A stretch of DNA of 64,000 bases from assembly GCA_030619905.1 (NCBI GenBank), contig JAUXAO010000004.1, positions 203 to 64,202 on the forward strand, in the 5' to 3' direction. Position 1 is the stretch's first letter. Each line of letters starts with the position of its first letter. Below are positions 50,305-60,570 of the stretch, piece after piece. The notes below the pieces were generated by a model. It worked only from the letters and a program-made list of their open reading frames with translations, was not told the origin of the DNA and did no database searches. The translations under genes were made by a program, and so were the position numbers. Source of the stretch: a bacterium (lineage in GTDB: Bacteria > Patescibacteriota > Minisyncoccia > Minisyncoccales > CG1-02-41-26).

Positions 50305-51135
50305 ATGAAATTTTACAAGCCTACAACTCCGTCAAGGAGAAAAATGACTGGAACAGATTTTTCCGTTTTGACAAAGAAAAAACCCGAGAAAAAACTTTTG
50401 AAAAACTTAAAAAGAAAAGCCGGTCGTTCAAGCAACGGTAGAATTACGGTTCGACATAAGGGTGGGGGGAAAAAGCGGCTTTACAGAATGGTTGATTTCG
50501 GTCAAAAAAAGATTGATATACCTGCCAAAGTTTTGGCTTTAGAATATGACCCATACAGGTCTGCTTTTATTGCTCTTTTAGAACATGAAGATAAAGAAAA
50601 AAGATATATTTTATCTCCTCAAGGATTAAAAGTTGGTGATCAAGTAATAATTTCTGAAAAAACTCCAGTTTCTCCAGGCAATCGAATGAAGTTGAAAAAT
50701 ATTCCAACTGGGACTATTGTTTATAATGTTGAAATACAACCAGAAATGGGAGGCAAGCTTATAAGATCAGCTGGTACTTCAGCTCAAGTTTTAGCCCACG
50801 AAGAAAAATATACTCATTTAAAAATGCATTCTAGTGAAGTAAGAAAAGTATTGAGCGAATGTTTTGCTTCAATTGGTGAAGTTTCTAATCCAGAGCACCG
50901 CTTTATAAAATTAGGAAAAGCTGGAAGATCTAGATGGAAAGGAATCAGACCAACAGTTCGTGGCTCAGCCATGGTACCAGTTGATCATCCTCATGGAGGA
51001 GGAGAGGGAAGATCTCCAATCGGTCTTCCTCATCCAAAAACTCCTTGGGGTAAACCAGCCTTAGGTGTAAAAACCAGAAAGAAAAAATGGACAGATAAAT
51101 TAATTATGCAAAGGAGAAAGAAGAAGAAAAAATAA
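50305..51135 (+). CDS. rplB: 50S ribosomal protein L2
   Basis: [32 protein letters not shown]. Confidence 0.98.
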   Translation: MKFYKPTTPSRRKMTGTDFSVLTKKKPEKKLLKNLKRKAGRSSNGRITVRHKGGGKKRLYRMVDFGQKKIDIPAKVLALEYDPYRSAFIALLEHEDKEKRYILSPQGLKVGDQVIISEKTPVSPGNRMKLKNIPTGTIVYNVEIQPEMGGKLIRSAGTSAQVLAHEEKYTHLKMHSSEVRKVLSECFASIGEVSNPEHRFIKLGKAGRSRWKGIRPTVRGSAMVPVDHPHGGGEGRSPIGLPHPKTPWGKPALGVKTRKKKWTDKLIMQRRKKKKK

Positions 51136-51136
51136 T

Positions 51137-51451
51137 ATGTCAAGAAGTTTAAAAAAAGGTCCATATATAGATGAAAAATTGCTGAAGAAAATCTCCAAAT
51201 TTAAAAAAGGAGATAAGACCATTATCAAGACCTGGTCCAGGTCAGCAATTATCACCCCGGAAATGGTTGGATTTATCTTTGGAGTCCATAATGGAAAAGA
51301 ACATATTCCGGTTCAGATTGTGGAAGATATGGTGGGTCACAAGCTTGGCGAATTTGCTCCAACTACCAAGTTTGTAAGACACGGAGGTAAAATGCAGAGA
51401 GGACTTGAAACAAAAACAAAAGACAAGGAAGTCGCTGAAGTAAAAAAGTAA
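51137..51451 (+). CDS. rpsS: 30S ribosomal protein S19
   Basis: [18 protein letters not shown]...[10 protein letters not shown]. Confidence 0.97.
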   Translation: MSRSLKKGPYIDEKLLKKISKFKKGDKTIIKTWSRSAIITPEMVGFIFGVHNGKEHIPVQIVEDMVGHKLGEFAPTTKFVRHGGKMQRGLETKTKDKEVAEVKK

Positions 51452-51467
51452 ACGATCGTTTAAGTTT

Positions 51468-51968
51468 ATGGAGATTACTGCTAAATTAAATTATTTAAGG
51501 ATTGCCCCTAGAAAAATGCGACTTTTAGTTGATTTGATTCGAGGGGAAAAAATTGAAAAAGCAATTACTCTTTTAGATTTTAGTATAAAGAAAGGTAGCA
51601 AGCCTTTGAAAAAAGTTTTGGAACAAGCAGTGGCTAATGCGGAAAACAATTTCCAATTAGAGAAATCTTCTCTTTATATATCTAAAATTACTATTGATGA
51701 AGGACCAAAACTAAAAAGATGGCGAGCTCGGGCTCGAGGTCGAGCGGCAAGAATCGAGAAAAAAACATCTCATATTAGTTTAACTCTTAGCGAAGTTAAA
51801 GAAAGAAAAAAGAAAAAGGTTAAAAAAGTTTCTGTTGCTAAAGTTAAAAAAGCTGAAGAGAAAAAAACAAAGAAAGTGAAAATATTTAAACCAAAGAAAG
51901 AAAAAACATTAAGACCAGTTAAAGAGGTGAAAGGATTTAAAAGAGTCTTTCGCCGAAAAGCATTTTAA
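51468..51968 (+). CDS. rplV: 50S ribosomal protein L22 with a Lys-rich C-terminal extension
   Basis: AKLNYLRIAPRKMRLLVDLIRG...RARGRAARIEKKTSHI, then a KKKKVKKV... tail. Confidence 0.95.
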   Translation: MEITAKLNYLRIAPRKMRLLVDLIRGEKIEKAITLLDFSIKKGSKPLKKVLEQAVANAENNFQLEKSSLYISKITIDEGPKLKRWRARARGRAARIEKKTSHISLTLSEVKERKKKKVKKVSVAKVKKAEEKKTKKVKIFKPKKEKTLRPVKEVKGFKRVFRRKAF

Positions 51969-51969
51969 T

Positions 51970-52611
51970 ATGAGTCATAAAGTTCACCCAAAAGTATATA
52001 GAATAAAAGAAATGAAAGATTGGTTTTCTCGTGGTTTTTACGGAAAAAATACTCCTAAATATTTAGAGGAGGATTTTAGAATTAGAAAGTTTTTGGAAGA
52101 GAAATTAAGTGAAGCAAGTGTAGAAAATATCGAGATTGAAAGATCATTTTCGGCTATTAAAATTATTATTAAAACTTCAAGACCAGCTTTGGTTATTGGT
52201 CGGGGAGGAGAGGTAGTGGAAAGTCTAAAAAAGGTGTTAGCGAAAAAATTAAAGATCAAAGAGGATAAAAGAGAAATGAAAATTGAAGTTCAAGAAGTCA
52301 AAAATCCTTGGTTTTCAGCTAACATTTGTGCTCAATGGATGGCTCAGCAGATTAAAAGGAGAGTTCAGTTTAGAAGGGTAATGAAAATGGCCTTAAGCAA
52401 GATTATGTCTCAAAAAGGGGTTAAAGGAGCCATGGTTCAAGTAGCTGGAAGATTGAATGGAGTGGAAATTGCCAGGACAGAATGGTTAAGAGAAGGTCAA
52501 ATGCCCCGTCATAATTTAAGAGCTGATATAGATTATGGAACAAATTCAGCTTTTTGCACTTATGGAGTGATAGGAATCAAAGTTTGGATTTATAAAGGAG
52601 AAAAGTTTTAG
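51970..52611 (+). CDS. rpsC: 30S ribosomal protein S3
   Basis: MSHKVHPKVYRI, KH domain VIGRGGEVVESLK, GRLNGVEIARTEW. Confidence 0.97.
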   Translation: MSHKVHPKVYRIKEMKDWFSRGFYGKNTPKYLEEDFRIRKFLEEKLSEASVENIEIERSFSAIKIIIKTSRPALVIGRGGEVVESLKKVLAKKLKIKEDKREMKIEVQEVKNPWFSANICAQWMAQQIKRRVQFRRVMKMALSKIMSQKGVKGAMVQVAGRLNGVEIARTEWLREGQMPRHNLRADIDYGTNSAFCTYGVIGIKVWIYKGEKF

Positions 52612-52613
52612 AT

Positions 52614-53024
52614 ATGTTTGAACCAAAGAAAATGAAACATCGAAAATGGCATAAGGGAAGATCAAAAGGATTAGAAAGAAGAGGAACTGAACTTTGCTTT
52701 GGCAGTTTTGGACTTAAATCTTTATCAACCAAATGGATTTCTTCTGCTCAACTTGAAGCAGCCAGAAGAGTTATTATTAGATATTTGAAAAAAAGAGGAA
52801 AACTTTGGATTAGAATTTTTCCGGCAAAGCCTGTTACGTTTAAAGGGAATGAAGTGCCAATGGGAGGTGGAAAAGGAGCAGTTTCTCATTATGTTTTTCC
52901 TGTTAAGCCTGGTAAGATTATTTTTGAGTTAGATGGTATTGAAGAAAAACTAGCTAGAGAAATTTTTAAAAAGGCTTCAGATAAATTGCCGATAAAAATA
53001 AAGTTTGTAAAGCGTCTTATTTAA
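52614..53024 (+). CDS. rplP: 50S ribosomal protein L16
   Basis: PKKMKHRKWHKGR...EAARRVIIRYLKKRGKLWIRIFP...MGGGKG. Confidence 0.97.
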   Translation: MFEPKKMKHRKWHKGRSKGLERRGTELCFGSFGLKSLSTKWISSAQLEAARRVIIRYLKKRGKLWIRIFPAKPVTFKGNEVPMGGGKGAVSHYVFPVKPGKIIFELDGIEEKLAREIFKKASDKLPIKIKFVKRLI

Positions 53025-53030
53025 ATACAT

Positions 53031-53267
53031 ATGAAGCAGAAAGAAAAAATCAGGGAATTTTCCCGGCTTCCTAAACAGGAACTTCAGAGAAATTTATCAG
53101 AGAAAAGAGAAAGACTTCGTCAGCTTAGATTTGATCTTGCTTCCGGGAAAATAAAGAATGTGGGAGAAATTAGAGAGATAAAAAGAGACATCGCCAGGAT
53201 AATAACTATACTCAAAAACAAAAATCAAGACTTAATTGAGCCCAATAGGGCGGAAAAACATGCCTAA
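53031..53267 (+). CDS. rpmC: 50S ribosomal protein L29
   Basis: ELQRNLSEKRERLRQLRFDLASGKIKNVGEIREIKRDIARI. Confidence 0.92.
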   Translation: MKQKEKIREFSRLPKQELQRNLSEKRERLRQLRFDLASGKIKNVGEIREIKRDIARIITILKNKNQDLIEPNRAEKHA

Positions 53268-53493
53268 AAAAAGATTACAAGGAATAATTGTCTCTGACAA
53301 GATGAAAAAGACAGTAGTGGTAAAAACGGAAAGAATTAAGAAACATGCTAAATATAAGAGGAGATATAAGGTTTCAAAAAAATATAAAGCCCATATCGAA
53401 AAACAAGATTTTAAAAAAGGGGATAAAGTTATAATTGAAGAATGCCGACCAATTAGTAAAGACAAAAAATGGAAAGTAATTAGTAAAGCTTAA
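53260..53493 (+). CDS. rpsQ: 30S ribosomal protein S17
   Basis: MPKKRLQGIIVSDKMKKTVVVKTER...GDKVIIEECRPISKDKKW. The start was moved to ATG 53260 (8-nt overlap with rpmC). Confidence 0.95.
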   Translation: MPKKRLQGIIVSDKMKKTVVVKTERIKKHAKYKRRYKVSKKYKAHIEKQDFKKGDKVIIEECRPISKDKKWKVISKA

Positions 53494-53503
53494 GTAAAAA
53501 AGT

Positions 53504-53872
53504 ATGATTCAACCAGAAACAATATTAAAAGTAGCTGACAATACAGGCGCTAAAATCGTTAAATGTTTTAAAGTTATCGGAGGGACAAGAAAACGCTATG
53601 CTCGACTTGGTGACATTATTATAGCAGCCGTGAAGAAAGCTGAACCAAGACGCCAAGTTAAAACTCATGATGTAGTTCGGGCAGTTGTAGTAAGGCAGAG
53701 AAGTCCTTATCGCAGAACTGATGGTTCTTATATTAAATTTAGTGAAAATGCTTGCGTTATTTTAGGTGATGGCAAAATTCTTAAAGGGAACAGGATTTTA
53801 GGACCAATACCAAGAGAATTAAAAGAAAAGGGTTTTGAGAAAATAACCACTTTAGCAAAAGAAGTAGTATAG
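53504..53872 (+). CDS. rplN: 50S ribosomal protein L14
   Basis: MIQPETILKVADNTGAK... Confidence 0.98.
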   Translation: MIQPETILKVADNTGAKIVKCFKVIGGTRKRYARLGDIIIAAVKKAEPRRQVKTHDVVRAVVVRQRSPYRRTDGSYIKFSENACVILGDGKILKGNRILGPIPRELKEKGFEKITTLAKEVV

Positions 53873-53876
53873 TATT

Positions 53877-54218
53877 ATGAAGATAAAAAAAGATGACCAA
53901 GTTTTAATAGTAAAAGGAAAAGATAGAGGCAAAAAAGGAAAAGTCTTAAGGAGTTTTCCTGAGAGAAAGAAAGTTCTAATTGAAGGAATAAATATTAAAA
54001 AAGTTCATAAAAGACCCAAAAAAACAGGTGAGAAAGGTCAAATTATTGAAGTCTCTTCTCCAATTTATGTTTCTAATTTGAAATTGATTTGTCCTAAATG
54101 CGGAAAGCCAGTTAGAATAGGATATAATGTAGTAAGATTAAATACTAAAGAGCAGAAAACAGAAGCAAAACAGAGAACAAAAGTAAGAATCTGTAAAAAG
54201 TGCGGAGCAGAGATTTAA
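53877..54218 (+). CDS. rplX: 50S ribosomal protein L24 (Cys4 zinc-ribbon-containing form)
   Basis: MKIKKDDQVLIVKGKDRGKKGKV KOW motif. C-terminal CPKCG...CKKCG. Confidence 0.95.
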   Translation: MKIKKDDQVLIVKGKDRGKKGKVLRSFPERKKVLIEGINIKKVHKRPKKTGEKGQIIEVSSPIYVSNLKLICPKCGKPVRIGYNVVRLNTKEQKTEAKQRTKVRICKKCGAEI

Positions 54219-54222
54219 TTTT

Positions 54223-54780
54223 ATGCTTAAGTTATCAGAAAAATACAAAAAAGAAGTAGTTCCAGAAATGAAGAAAGAATTTGGCTACACTAATGATATG
54301 GCTGTGCCTAGAATTGAAAAAGTGATAGTTAATTGCGGATTCGGCAGACAAGTTTCTGGCAAAACTGGTAAAGAAGGAGAAAAGGTTCAAAAACATATTC
54401 TTGGTGAGTTGTCATCTCTTACTGGTCAGAAACCGGCTTTAAGAAAAGCCAAGAAATCTATTTCAAGTTTTAAATTAAGAAAAGGTGTTCCTATCGGAGC
54501 TGTGGTAACTTTAAGGGGTAGGAAAATGTATGATTTTTTAGAAAGATTGATCTTTATTACTTTTCCCAGAACTCGTGATTTCCGAGGTCTTGATCCTAAA
54601 TTGATTGACCAAAAAGGAAATCTTTGCTTAGGATTTAAAGAACATACATCTTTTCCAGAAATATCTGCCGAAAGAGAAAAAAGCATTTTTGGTTTGGAAA
54701 TAGTAATAGTAACAACCGCTGATAACAAAGAGCAAGGTTTGAAATTATTGAGATTATTAGGATTTCCGATTAAACCGTAA
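54223..54780 (+). CDS. rplE: 50S ribosomal protein L5
   Basis: [13 protein letters not shown]...[19 protein letters not shown]...RDFRG. Confidence 0.97.
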   Translation: MLKLSEKYKKEVVPEMKKEFGYTNDMAVPRIEKVIVNCGFGRQVSGKTGKEGEKVQKHILGELSSLTGQKPALRKAKKSISSFKLRKGVPIGAVVTLRGRKMYDFLERLIFITFPRTRDFRGLDPKLIDQKGNLCLGFKEHTSFPEISAEREKSIFGLEIVIVTTADNKEQGLKLLRLLGFPIKP

Positions 54781-54803
54781 GTTTTGACTTTTTTAAAAAG
54801 AAC

Positions 54804-54989
54804 ATGGCAAAAAAATCACAAATTATAAAAGCGTTGAAAAAACCAAAGTTTAAGACTCGAACTATCAGGCGTTGTTTTAGATGCGGCAGAAGAAGGGGAT
54901 ATATCAGGCAGTTTGGACTTTGCCGCATTTGCTTTAGAGAATTAGTTAACAAAGGTGAAATACCTGGAGTAAAAAAATCATCTTGGTAA
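54804..54989 (+). CDS. rpsZ: 30S ribosomal protein S14, type Z (zinc-binding, 61 aa)
   Basis: [23 protein letters not shown]. Confidence 0.96.
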   Translation: MAKKSQIIKALKKPKFKTRTIRRCFRCGRRRGYIRQFGLCRICFRELVNKGEIPGVKKSSW

Positions 54990-54994
54990 AAATT

Positions 54995-55384
54995 ATGACT
55001 GATCCAATAACAGATATGCTCAATCGAATAAGGAATGCTCAAGCTGTTTCTCATCAAACAGTGGATGTTCCTTATTCAAGATTAAAAGCAGAAATTGCTA
55101 AAATTTTAGAAGAAGAAAAATTCTTGACAAAAATAGATATAAAAAGAAAAAAGAAAGGAAAAACATTGAAGTTATTTTTAAGATATGATAAGAAAGAGGG
55201 AGTAATTTCTGGTTTAAAAAGAATCTCTCGACCCGGTCAGAGAATTTATAGTGATTTTAAGGGCATAAATAAGATAAAGAAAAAATCAGGAATAATTATT
55301 CTTTCAACCTCAAAAGGATTAATAACAGATAAAGAAGCAAGAAAACAAAGGTTGGGTGGAGAGCTACTTTGTGAAATTTGGTAA
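54995..55384 (+). CDS. rpsH: 30S ribosomal protein S8
   Basis: MTDPITDMLNRIRNA. The start was moved from the track position 54983 to ATG 54995. Confidence 0.96.
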   Translation: MTDPITDMLNRIRNAQAVSHQTVDVPYSRLKAEIAKILEEEKFLTKIDIKRKKKGKTLKLFLRYDKKEGVISGLKRISRPGQRIYSDFKGINKIKKKSGIIILSTSKGLITDKEARKQRLGGELLCEIW

Positions 55385-55389
55385 TAAAT

Positions 55390-55938
55390 ATGAGTCGTAT
55401 TGGCAAAAAACCAATTGAAATACCTGATAATGTAGAAATTAAGATTGAAAAGAGACTGGTCAAAATAAAGGGGCCCAAAGGGGAAATATCGAAAGAGATT
55501 CCTCTGGATATTGGTATTCAAATAAAAGATAAAGAAATTTTATTAAATCCGAAACGAAAAACAAAAAAAAGTGGAGCTCTTTGGGGTTTAACCAGATCTC
55601 TTCTTTACAATGATGTTAAAGGAGTTACTCAAGGTTTTGAAAAAGAGCTTGAATTAATAGGAATTGGCTATCGTGCCTCAGTAGAGAAAGAAAAATTACT
55701 TGTTTTGGAGGTTGGTTTTTCACATAAAATAGAAATAGAAGTTCCTGAAGGAATAAATGTTTCAGTTAAAAAAAATATAATTACAGTTTCTGGAATTGAT
55801 AAACAAAAGGTAGGGGAAGTTGCGGCAAAAATACGAAAAGTTCGTCCTCCAGAACCATATAAAGGTAAGGGAATCAGATATGTGGGAGAAAAAGTGAGGA
55901 GAAAAGAAGGTAAGAAAGCAGTAACAGATGCTACTTAA
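55390..55938 (+). CDS. rplF: 50S ribosomal protein L6
   Basis: [20 protein letters not shown]...[11 protein letters not shown]. The start was moved to ATG 55390. Confidence 0.96.
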   Translation: MSRIGKKPIEIPDNVEIKIEKRLVKIKGPKGEISKEIPLDIGIQIKDKEILLNPKRKTKKSGALWGLTRSLLYNDVKGVTQGFEKELELIGIGYRASVEKEKLLVLEVGFSHKIEIEVPEGINVSVKKNIITVSGIDKQKVGEVAAKIRKVRPPEPYKGKGIRYVGEKVRRKEGKKAVTDAT

Positions 55939-55946
55939 AATCAAAT

Positions 55947-56318
55947 ATGTTAGAAAAACAGGAAAAAAGAAAAAGAAGGCATAAAAAAGTGAGAACAAAA
56001 ATATCCGGGACATCAAAAGTACCAAGACTTTGTATTTTTAAATCAAACAAGTATATTTATGTTCAGCTTATTGATGATGAAAAAGGAAAAACGATTTTAA
56101 GTTCAGATGATCTCAAGTTAAAAAAAACTAAAACTAAAGCTAAAACATCTTCTTCGTCAGGTAAGGTAGGTTTAGCTCGAGAAGTAGGGAAGATAATAGC
56201 CGAGAAAGCTGTTAAAAAAGGAATAAAAAATATTGTTTTTGACCGAAGCGGATATAAATATCACGGCAGGGTAAAGGCTTTGGCTGAAGGAGCAAGAGAA
56301 GGAGGACTTAAATTTTAA
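55947..56318 (+). CDS. rplR: 50S ribosomal protein L18
   Basis: [34 protein letters not shown]...[24 protein letters not shown]. Confidence 0.96.
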   Translation: MLEKQEKRKRRHKKVRTKISGTSKVPRLCIFKSNKYIYVQLIDDEKGKTILSSDDLKLKKTKTKAKTSSSSGKVGLAREVGKIIAEKAVKKGIKNIVFDRSGYKYHGRVKALAEGAREGGLKF

Positions 56319-56331
56319 TTTAACTTTCAAA

Positions 56332-56817
56332 ATGTTACGAAAAAGATTCCAACGAAATAGAAAAGAACCAAAATCAGAGTTTGACTCAAAACTCCTTGCT
56401 TTAGATCGAGTAACTCGAGTAACAGGAGGAGGAAAAAAACTAAGATTCCGAGCTTGTGTTATAATTGGGAATAGAAAAGGAAAAGTCGGGATTGGGGTGG
56501 CTAAAGGTAAGGATGTTTCCCAGGCAATGGAAAAAGCCCAAAAGATTGCTAAAAAGAATATAATTGAAGTTCCTCTTATTGAAGATTCTATTCCTCATGA
56601 AACAGAGGCAAAATTTGAGGCTTCTAGGGTTCTTCTTCGTTCTCAAAGAAGTGGGAGAGGGATAATTGCCGGGGGACCGGTAAGAGTTATTTGTGATTTA
56701 GCAGGAATAAAGAACATATCTGCCAAAATCTTATCAAGATCAAAAAATAAGATGAATAATGCTATGGCCACAATAGAAGCGTTAAAAAAATTAAAAGTGA
56801 AAAATGGAAAGTTATAA
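56332..56817 (+). CDS. rpsE: 30S ribosomal protein S5
   Basis: RVTRVTGGGKKLRFRACVIIGNRKGKVGIGVAKGKDV...GRGIIAGGPVR. Confidence 0.97.
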   Translation: MLRKRFQRNRKEPKSEFDSKLLALDRVTRVTGGGKKLRFRACVIIGNRKGKVGIGVAKGKDVSQAMEKAQKIAKKNIIEVPLIEDSIPHETEAKFEASRVLLRSQRSGRGIIAGGPVRVICDLAGIKNISAKILSRSKNKMNNAMATIEALKKLKVKNGKL

Positions 56818-57244
56818 TTTAAAACCAAAGCATAAACCTAAAAAAAAGAAGAGAGTAGGTAGAGGTGGAAAAAGAGGTACTTATTCTGGCCGCGGCATGA
56901 AGGGACAGAAATCAAGAGCAGGTAGAAAGATGCAGCCGATGATCCGTGAACTGATTAAAAAATATCCCAAGTTGAGAGGTTATAGGGCTAGAATGAGAAA
57001 GAAAAAAATAGTAGGAATAAATATTACAATCCTAGATGAAAAATTTAAAGTAGGAGAAATTATTAATCCAAAGGTTTTAATTGAAAAGAAAATAATTAAA
57101 CGAATAAAAGGCAAGATTCCTCTGGTTAAAATTTTAGGAAGAGGAAAAATAAAGAAGAAGTTGATCATTAAAGGTTGCCAAATGTCAAAGGCAGCAAAAG
57201 AGAAGATAAAGCAAGCCGAAGGAACAATAAAAATTAAAGATTAA
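56804..57244 (+). CDS. rplO: 50S ribosomal protein L15
   Basis: KKKRVGRGGKRGTYSGRGMKGQKSRAG. Overlaps rpsE by 14 nt, leaving no room for rpmD. Confidence 0.95.
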   Translation: MESYNLKPKHKPKKKKRVGRGGKRGTYSGRGMKGQKSRAGRKMQPMIRELIKKYPKLRGYRARMRKKKIVGINITILDEKFKVGEIINPKVLIEKKIIKRIKGKIPLVKILGRGKIKKKLIIKGCQMSKAAKEKIKQAEGTIKIKD

Positions 57245-57248
57245 AAAT

Positions 57249-58532
57249 ATGATCTGGTATCAAAAATTACTTCTCGTTTTTAAAGACCGCCAACTTCGGA
57301 ACAAGATACTTTTTGTTTTGTTCATCTTCGTTGTTTTTCGTTTGGCTGCTAATATTCCTATTCCAGGAATAGATACAGAAAATTTGCAGAGGTTTTTTAG
57401 CCAGAGTCAAATCTTCGGACTTTTAAATCTTTTTAGTGGAGGAGCATTGAGCCGACTTTCTATTGTGATGCTGGGTTTAGGGCCGTATATTACGGCTACC
57501 ATTATTTTACAATTATTGACAATGATTTTTCCTGCCTTTGAGAAGTTGTATAAAGAAGAGGGAGAGGAAGGACGTCAGAAATTTAATCAGTATGCCAGAA
57601 TGGCAACGGTTCCTTTAGGTGCTCTCCAGGGCTATGCCATGTTGGCTTTATTCCAAAGTCAGGGAATAATTAGTTCTATTCCTCCATTATTGCTTTTAAC
57701 TTCAATTTTGACTATTACTTGTGGAGCTGTGTTCTTAATGTGGCTGGGGGAATTAATTTCAGAGAGAGGAATTGGTAATGGTGTTTCTCTTTTGATTTTT
57801 GCTGGTATTGTAGCCAGAACACCAATGGAGATTAGAAACATCGCTCTTACTTGGGACCCAGTTAATATTCCTTCTTATATTTTATTTCTGGCTGTAGCTC
57901 TGATTATTATTACAGGAGTAGTTATGGTTAATGAGGCTCGGAGGAATATTCCTGTTTCTTACGCTAAGAGGGTAAGAGGGATGAAAATGTATGGTGGTTT
58001 TTCCACTTATCTGCCTATTAATATTAATCCGGCCGGAGTAATACCAATTATATTTGCTTTAAGTATCATGCTTTTTCCTGGAATGATTGCTAATTTTCTT
58101 TCTGGAACTGGAAATCAAATGTTGGCTGGTTTTGCTCAAGGAATTAATAACTTTTTACAAAATGCATGGGTTTACGGAATTTCCTATTTCGCATTAGTTT
58201 TCCTTTTTACCTATTTTTATACAGCTGTTACTTTTGATCCCAAAACAATTGCTAACAATCTCCAGAAAATGGGAGGATTTATTCCGGGTATTCGACCGGG
58301 TACTTCTACAGCTGGATTTTTACATCGTATTTTATATAAGATTCTTTTTATCGGGGCAACATTTTTAGGAACAATTGCCGTTATGCCTTCTATTATCCAG
58401 GGGACAACTGGCATAGGAGCTTTTCAATTTTTAATTGGAGGAACAGCTCTCTTGATTATGGTTAGTGTTGTTTTGGATATGTGGAGGCAGATTAAAGCTC
58501 AAATGGAAATGAGAGAATATGAAAAATTCTAA
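57249..58532 (+). CDS. secY: preprotein translocase subunit SecY
   Basis: 10-TM layout. FSGGALSRLSIVMLGLGPYITA, GELISERGIGNGVSL. Confidence 0.97.
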   Translation: MIWYQKLLLVFKDRQLRNKILFVLFIFVVFRLAANIPIPGIDTENLQRFFSQSQIFGLLNLFSGGALSRLSIVMLGLGPYITATIILQLLTMIFPAFEKLYKEEGEEGRQKFNQYARMATVPLGALQGYAMLALFQSQGIISSIPPLLLLTSILTITCGAVFLMWLGELISERGIGNGVSLLIFAGIVARTPMEIRNIALTWDPVNIPSYILFLAVALIIITGVVMVNEARRNIPVSYAKRVRGMKMYGGFSTYLPININPAGVIPIIFALSIMLFPGMIANFLSGTGNQMLAGFAQGINNFLQNAWVYGISYFALVFLFTYFYTAVTFDPKTIANNLQKMGGFIPGIRPGTSTAGFLHRILYKILFIGATFLGTIAVMPSIIQGTTGIGAFQFLIGGTALLIMVSVVLDMWRQIKAQMEMREYEKF

Positions 58533-59226
58533 AAGCAAAAAACTAGTCATAATTTTATTAGGACCTCCTGGGTCGGGAAAAGGGACTCAGGCCGAACTTT
58601 TGGCTGAAAAATTGGACTTATATTATCTTGAAACGAGTAAAATTCTTGAAGAAGCCTTTAATAAATCTAAAAAAGGAGAGTTTATTAAAATTAGTGGCAA
58701 AAAATACTTTTTTTCTCGAGAAGAAAATCTTTGGAAAAAAGGAATTCTCTGCACTCCCTCTTTTGTCAGTTATTTAGTCAAAAGAAAAATAAAGAAACTT
58801 GGTGGAAAGAATGAAAGTCTAGTAATAGCCGGTTCTCCCAGAACGCTTTATGAAGGTAAGACAATAATACCGCTTTTGGAAAAATTGTATGGCAAAAGAA
58901 ATATTAGAATTATTTTAATCCAGGTTTCAGCTAAAGAATCCATTTTCAGAAATTCTCATAGGCGGATTTGTGAATTAATGCGTCATCCAATTTTATACTC
59001 AAAAGAAACAAAAAAACTTAAGTTTTGTCCTTTAGACGGTTCAAAATTAATTAGAAGAAAAGGACTTGATGATCCAAAGACTATAAAAATCCGGTTGAAA
59101 GAATATAGAGAAAAAACACTTCCGTTAGTCAAATATTTAGAAGAAAGAAGATTAAAAGTAAAGAAAATTAATGGTGAAAGTTCAGTATCTAAAATTTTTG
59201 AAAGAATTTTGAAAACATTAAAATAA
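58519..59226 (+). CDS. adk: adenylate kinase
   Basis: LLGPPGSGKGTQAELLA. Position after secY. Confidence 0.93.
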   Translation: MKNSKSKKLVIILLGPPGSGKGTQAELLAEKLDLYYLETSKILEEAFNKSKKGEFIKISGKKYFFSREENLWKKGILCTPSFVSYLVKRKIKKLGGKNESLVIAGSPRTLYEGKTIIPLLEKLYGKRNIRIILIQVSAKESIFRNSHRRICELMRHPILYSKETKKLKFCPLDGSKLIRRKGLDDPKTIKIRLKEYREKTLPLVKYLEERRLKVKKINGESSVSKIFERILKTLK

Positions 59227-59227
59227 A

Positions 59228-59977
59228 ATGATAACAATTAAATCAGAAGAAGAAATTAAAGTAATGAGGGAAGGGGGGAAGATATTGGCTGGGATTATAG
59301 AAAAGCTAAAAAAGAAAGTACAGGTAGGAATTACTACCAAAGAGTTAGACAGGGTCACAGAGGCCCTTGTTTTTGAATCTGGAGCCGAACCAGCTTTCAA
59401 GGGTTATAATAATTTCCCGGCTGTTTTGTGTACTTCAGTGAATCAAGTAATTGTTCACGGAGTTCCCTCAGATTATCAACTGAAAAGCGGAGATATCTTA
59501 TCTTTGGATTTAGGAATCAAATACAAAGGATTTTTTAGCGATATGGCGATTACTATGCCGATAGGTAAGATTAAGCCAGAAGTTTATCGATTAATCGAAA
59601 CGGCCAGAGAATCTTTGAGATTATCAATTGATGAAATAAGAACAGGGATTACTTTTGGAGATATTGGTGATGTAATTCAGAAATATGTCAGATCTCAAAA
59701 ATTTAATGTTGTTAAAGAACTTTGCGGTCACGGAATTGGCCGTGGACTTCATGAAGATCCTCAGATTTTAAATTATAAAGAAAGAAAGGAAAGCCCTGAA
59801 CTTAAATTAGGAATGGTTTTTTGTCTTGAGCCAATGGTTACAATGGGGGATTGGAGAATTAAAAGATCTCCGGACGGATTTAGTTGGGAAACAAAAGACG
59901 GTTCTTTGTCTTCTCATTTTGAACATACATTGGCTTTAACTAAGGATGGCTGCCAAATCTTGACAGAATTGAAGTAA
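59228..59977 (+). CDS. map: type I methionine aminopeptidase
   Basis: MREGGKILA, VHGVP, LDLG, CGHGIG, FCLEPM, EHT metal ligand context. Confidence 0.96.
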   Translation: MITIKSEEEIKVMREGGKILAGIIEKLKKKVQVGITTKELDRVTEALVFESGAEPAFKGYNNFPAVLCTSVNQVIVHGVPSDYQLKSGDILSLDLGIKYKGFFSDMAITMPIGKIKPEVYRLIETARESLRLSIDEIRTGITFGDIGDVIQKYVRSQKFNVVKELCGHGIGRGLHEDPQILNYKERKESPELKLGMVFCLEPMVTMGDWRIKRSPDGFSWETKDGSLSSHFEHTLALTKDGCQILTELK

Positions 59978-60047
59978 ATTGTTATAGTAAGTTATTAAAA
60001 ATAGAATAAGGATAGAGTAAAAATAAAAAAGAAAGGAGGGCAATCAA

Positions 60048-60551
60048 TTGATAGGAATCAAAAGAATAGGAATTATTGCGTTTGCATTTGGAGCTCCGGA
60101 TAGTATTTGGTCAAATCGCTGCATTGCGGAAATTGCTTCAAAGAAAGCGCAGGAGCTCAAAGCACTAGTATATACGCAATTCGATATTCGCATTGAGTCC
60201 GAAATTGAGATAGAGTATACCGACGAAAAGCCGGGTAATCCACCGCCGACTCTTAGAATCGCTAGAGGAGCAGTTCATTGGGCGAAGCGGTTGGGACTTA
60301 AAGAACTCTGGGTATCTGCTGCAAAGCCACACCTCTGGCGTTGCTTGAGAGATCTCGAGCAAGCCGTCTATGAAGTAGGTATACAGATCAAGATGGGCGC
60401 TTTTATTAAAGAAATCGAGCAGTGCCCCGAAGATAAATGGTTTTGTTCCGATTCCACGCAGAAATGGACTCGTTCTCGAGAGGCATGGGACAAAAGGGAA
60501 CGAATCCTGAAGTCCATGCCATTCTTTCTATACAAGTATGTTGCGAACTGA
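60048..60551 (+). CDS. hypothetical protein in a GC-rich island (possibly DUF218/YdcF-like)
   Basis: TTG start with a GGAGGG SD 8 nt upstream. GC clearly above the flanks. Own strong terminator. Family assignment is weak. Confidence 0.65.
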   Translation: MIGIKRIGIIAFAFGAPDSIWSNRCIAEIASKKAQELKALVYTQFDIRIESEIEIEYTDEKPGNPPPTLRIARGAVHWAKRLGLKELWVSAAKPHLWRCLRDLEQAVYEVGIQIKMGAFIKEIEQCPEDKWFCSDSTQKWTRSREAWDKRERILKSMPFFLYKYVAN

Positions 60552-60570
60552 TACGTTGATCATAAATCGA

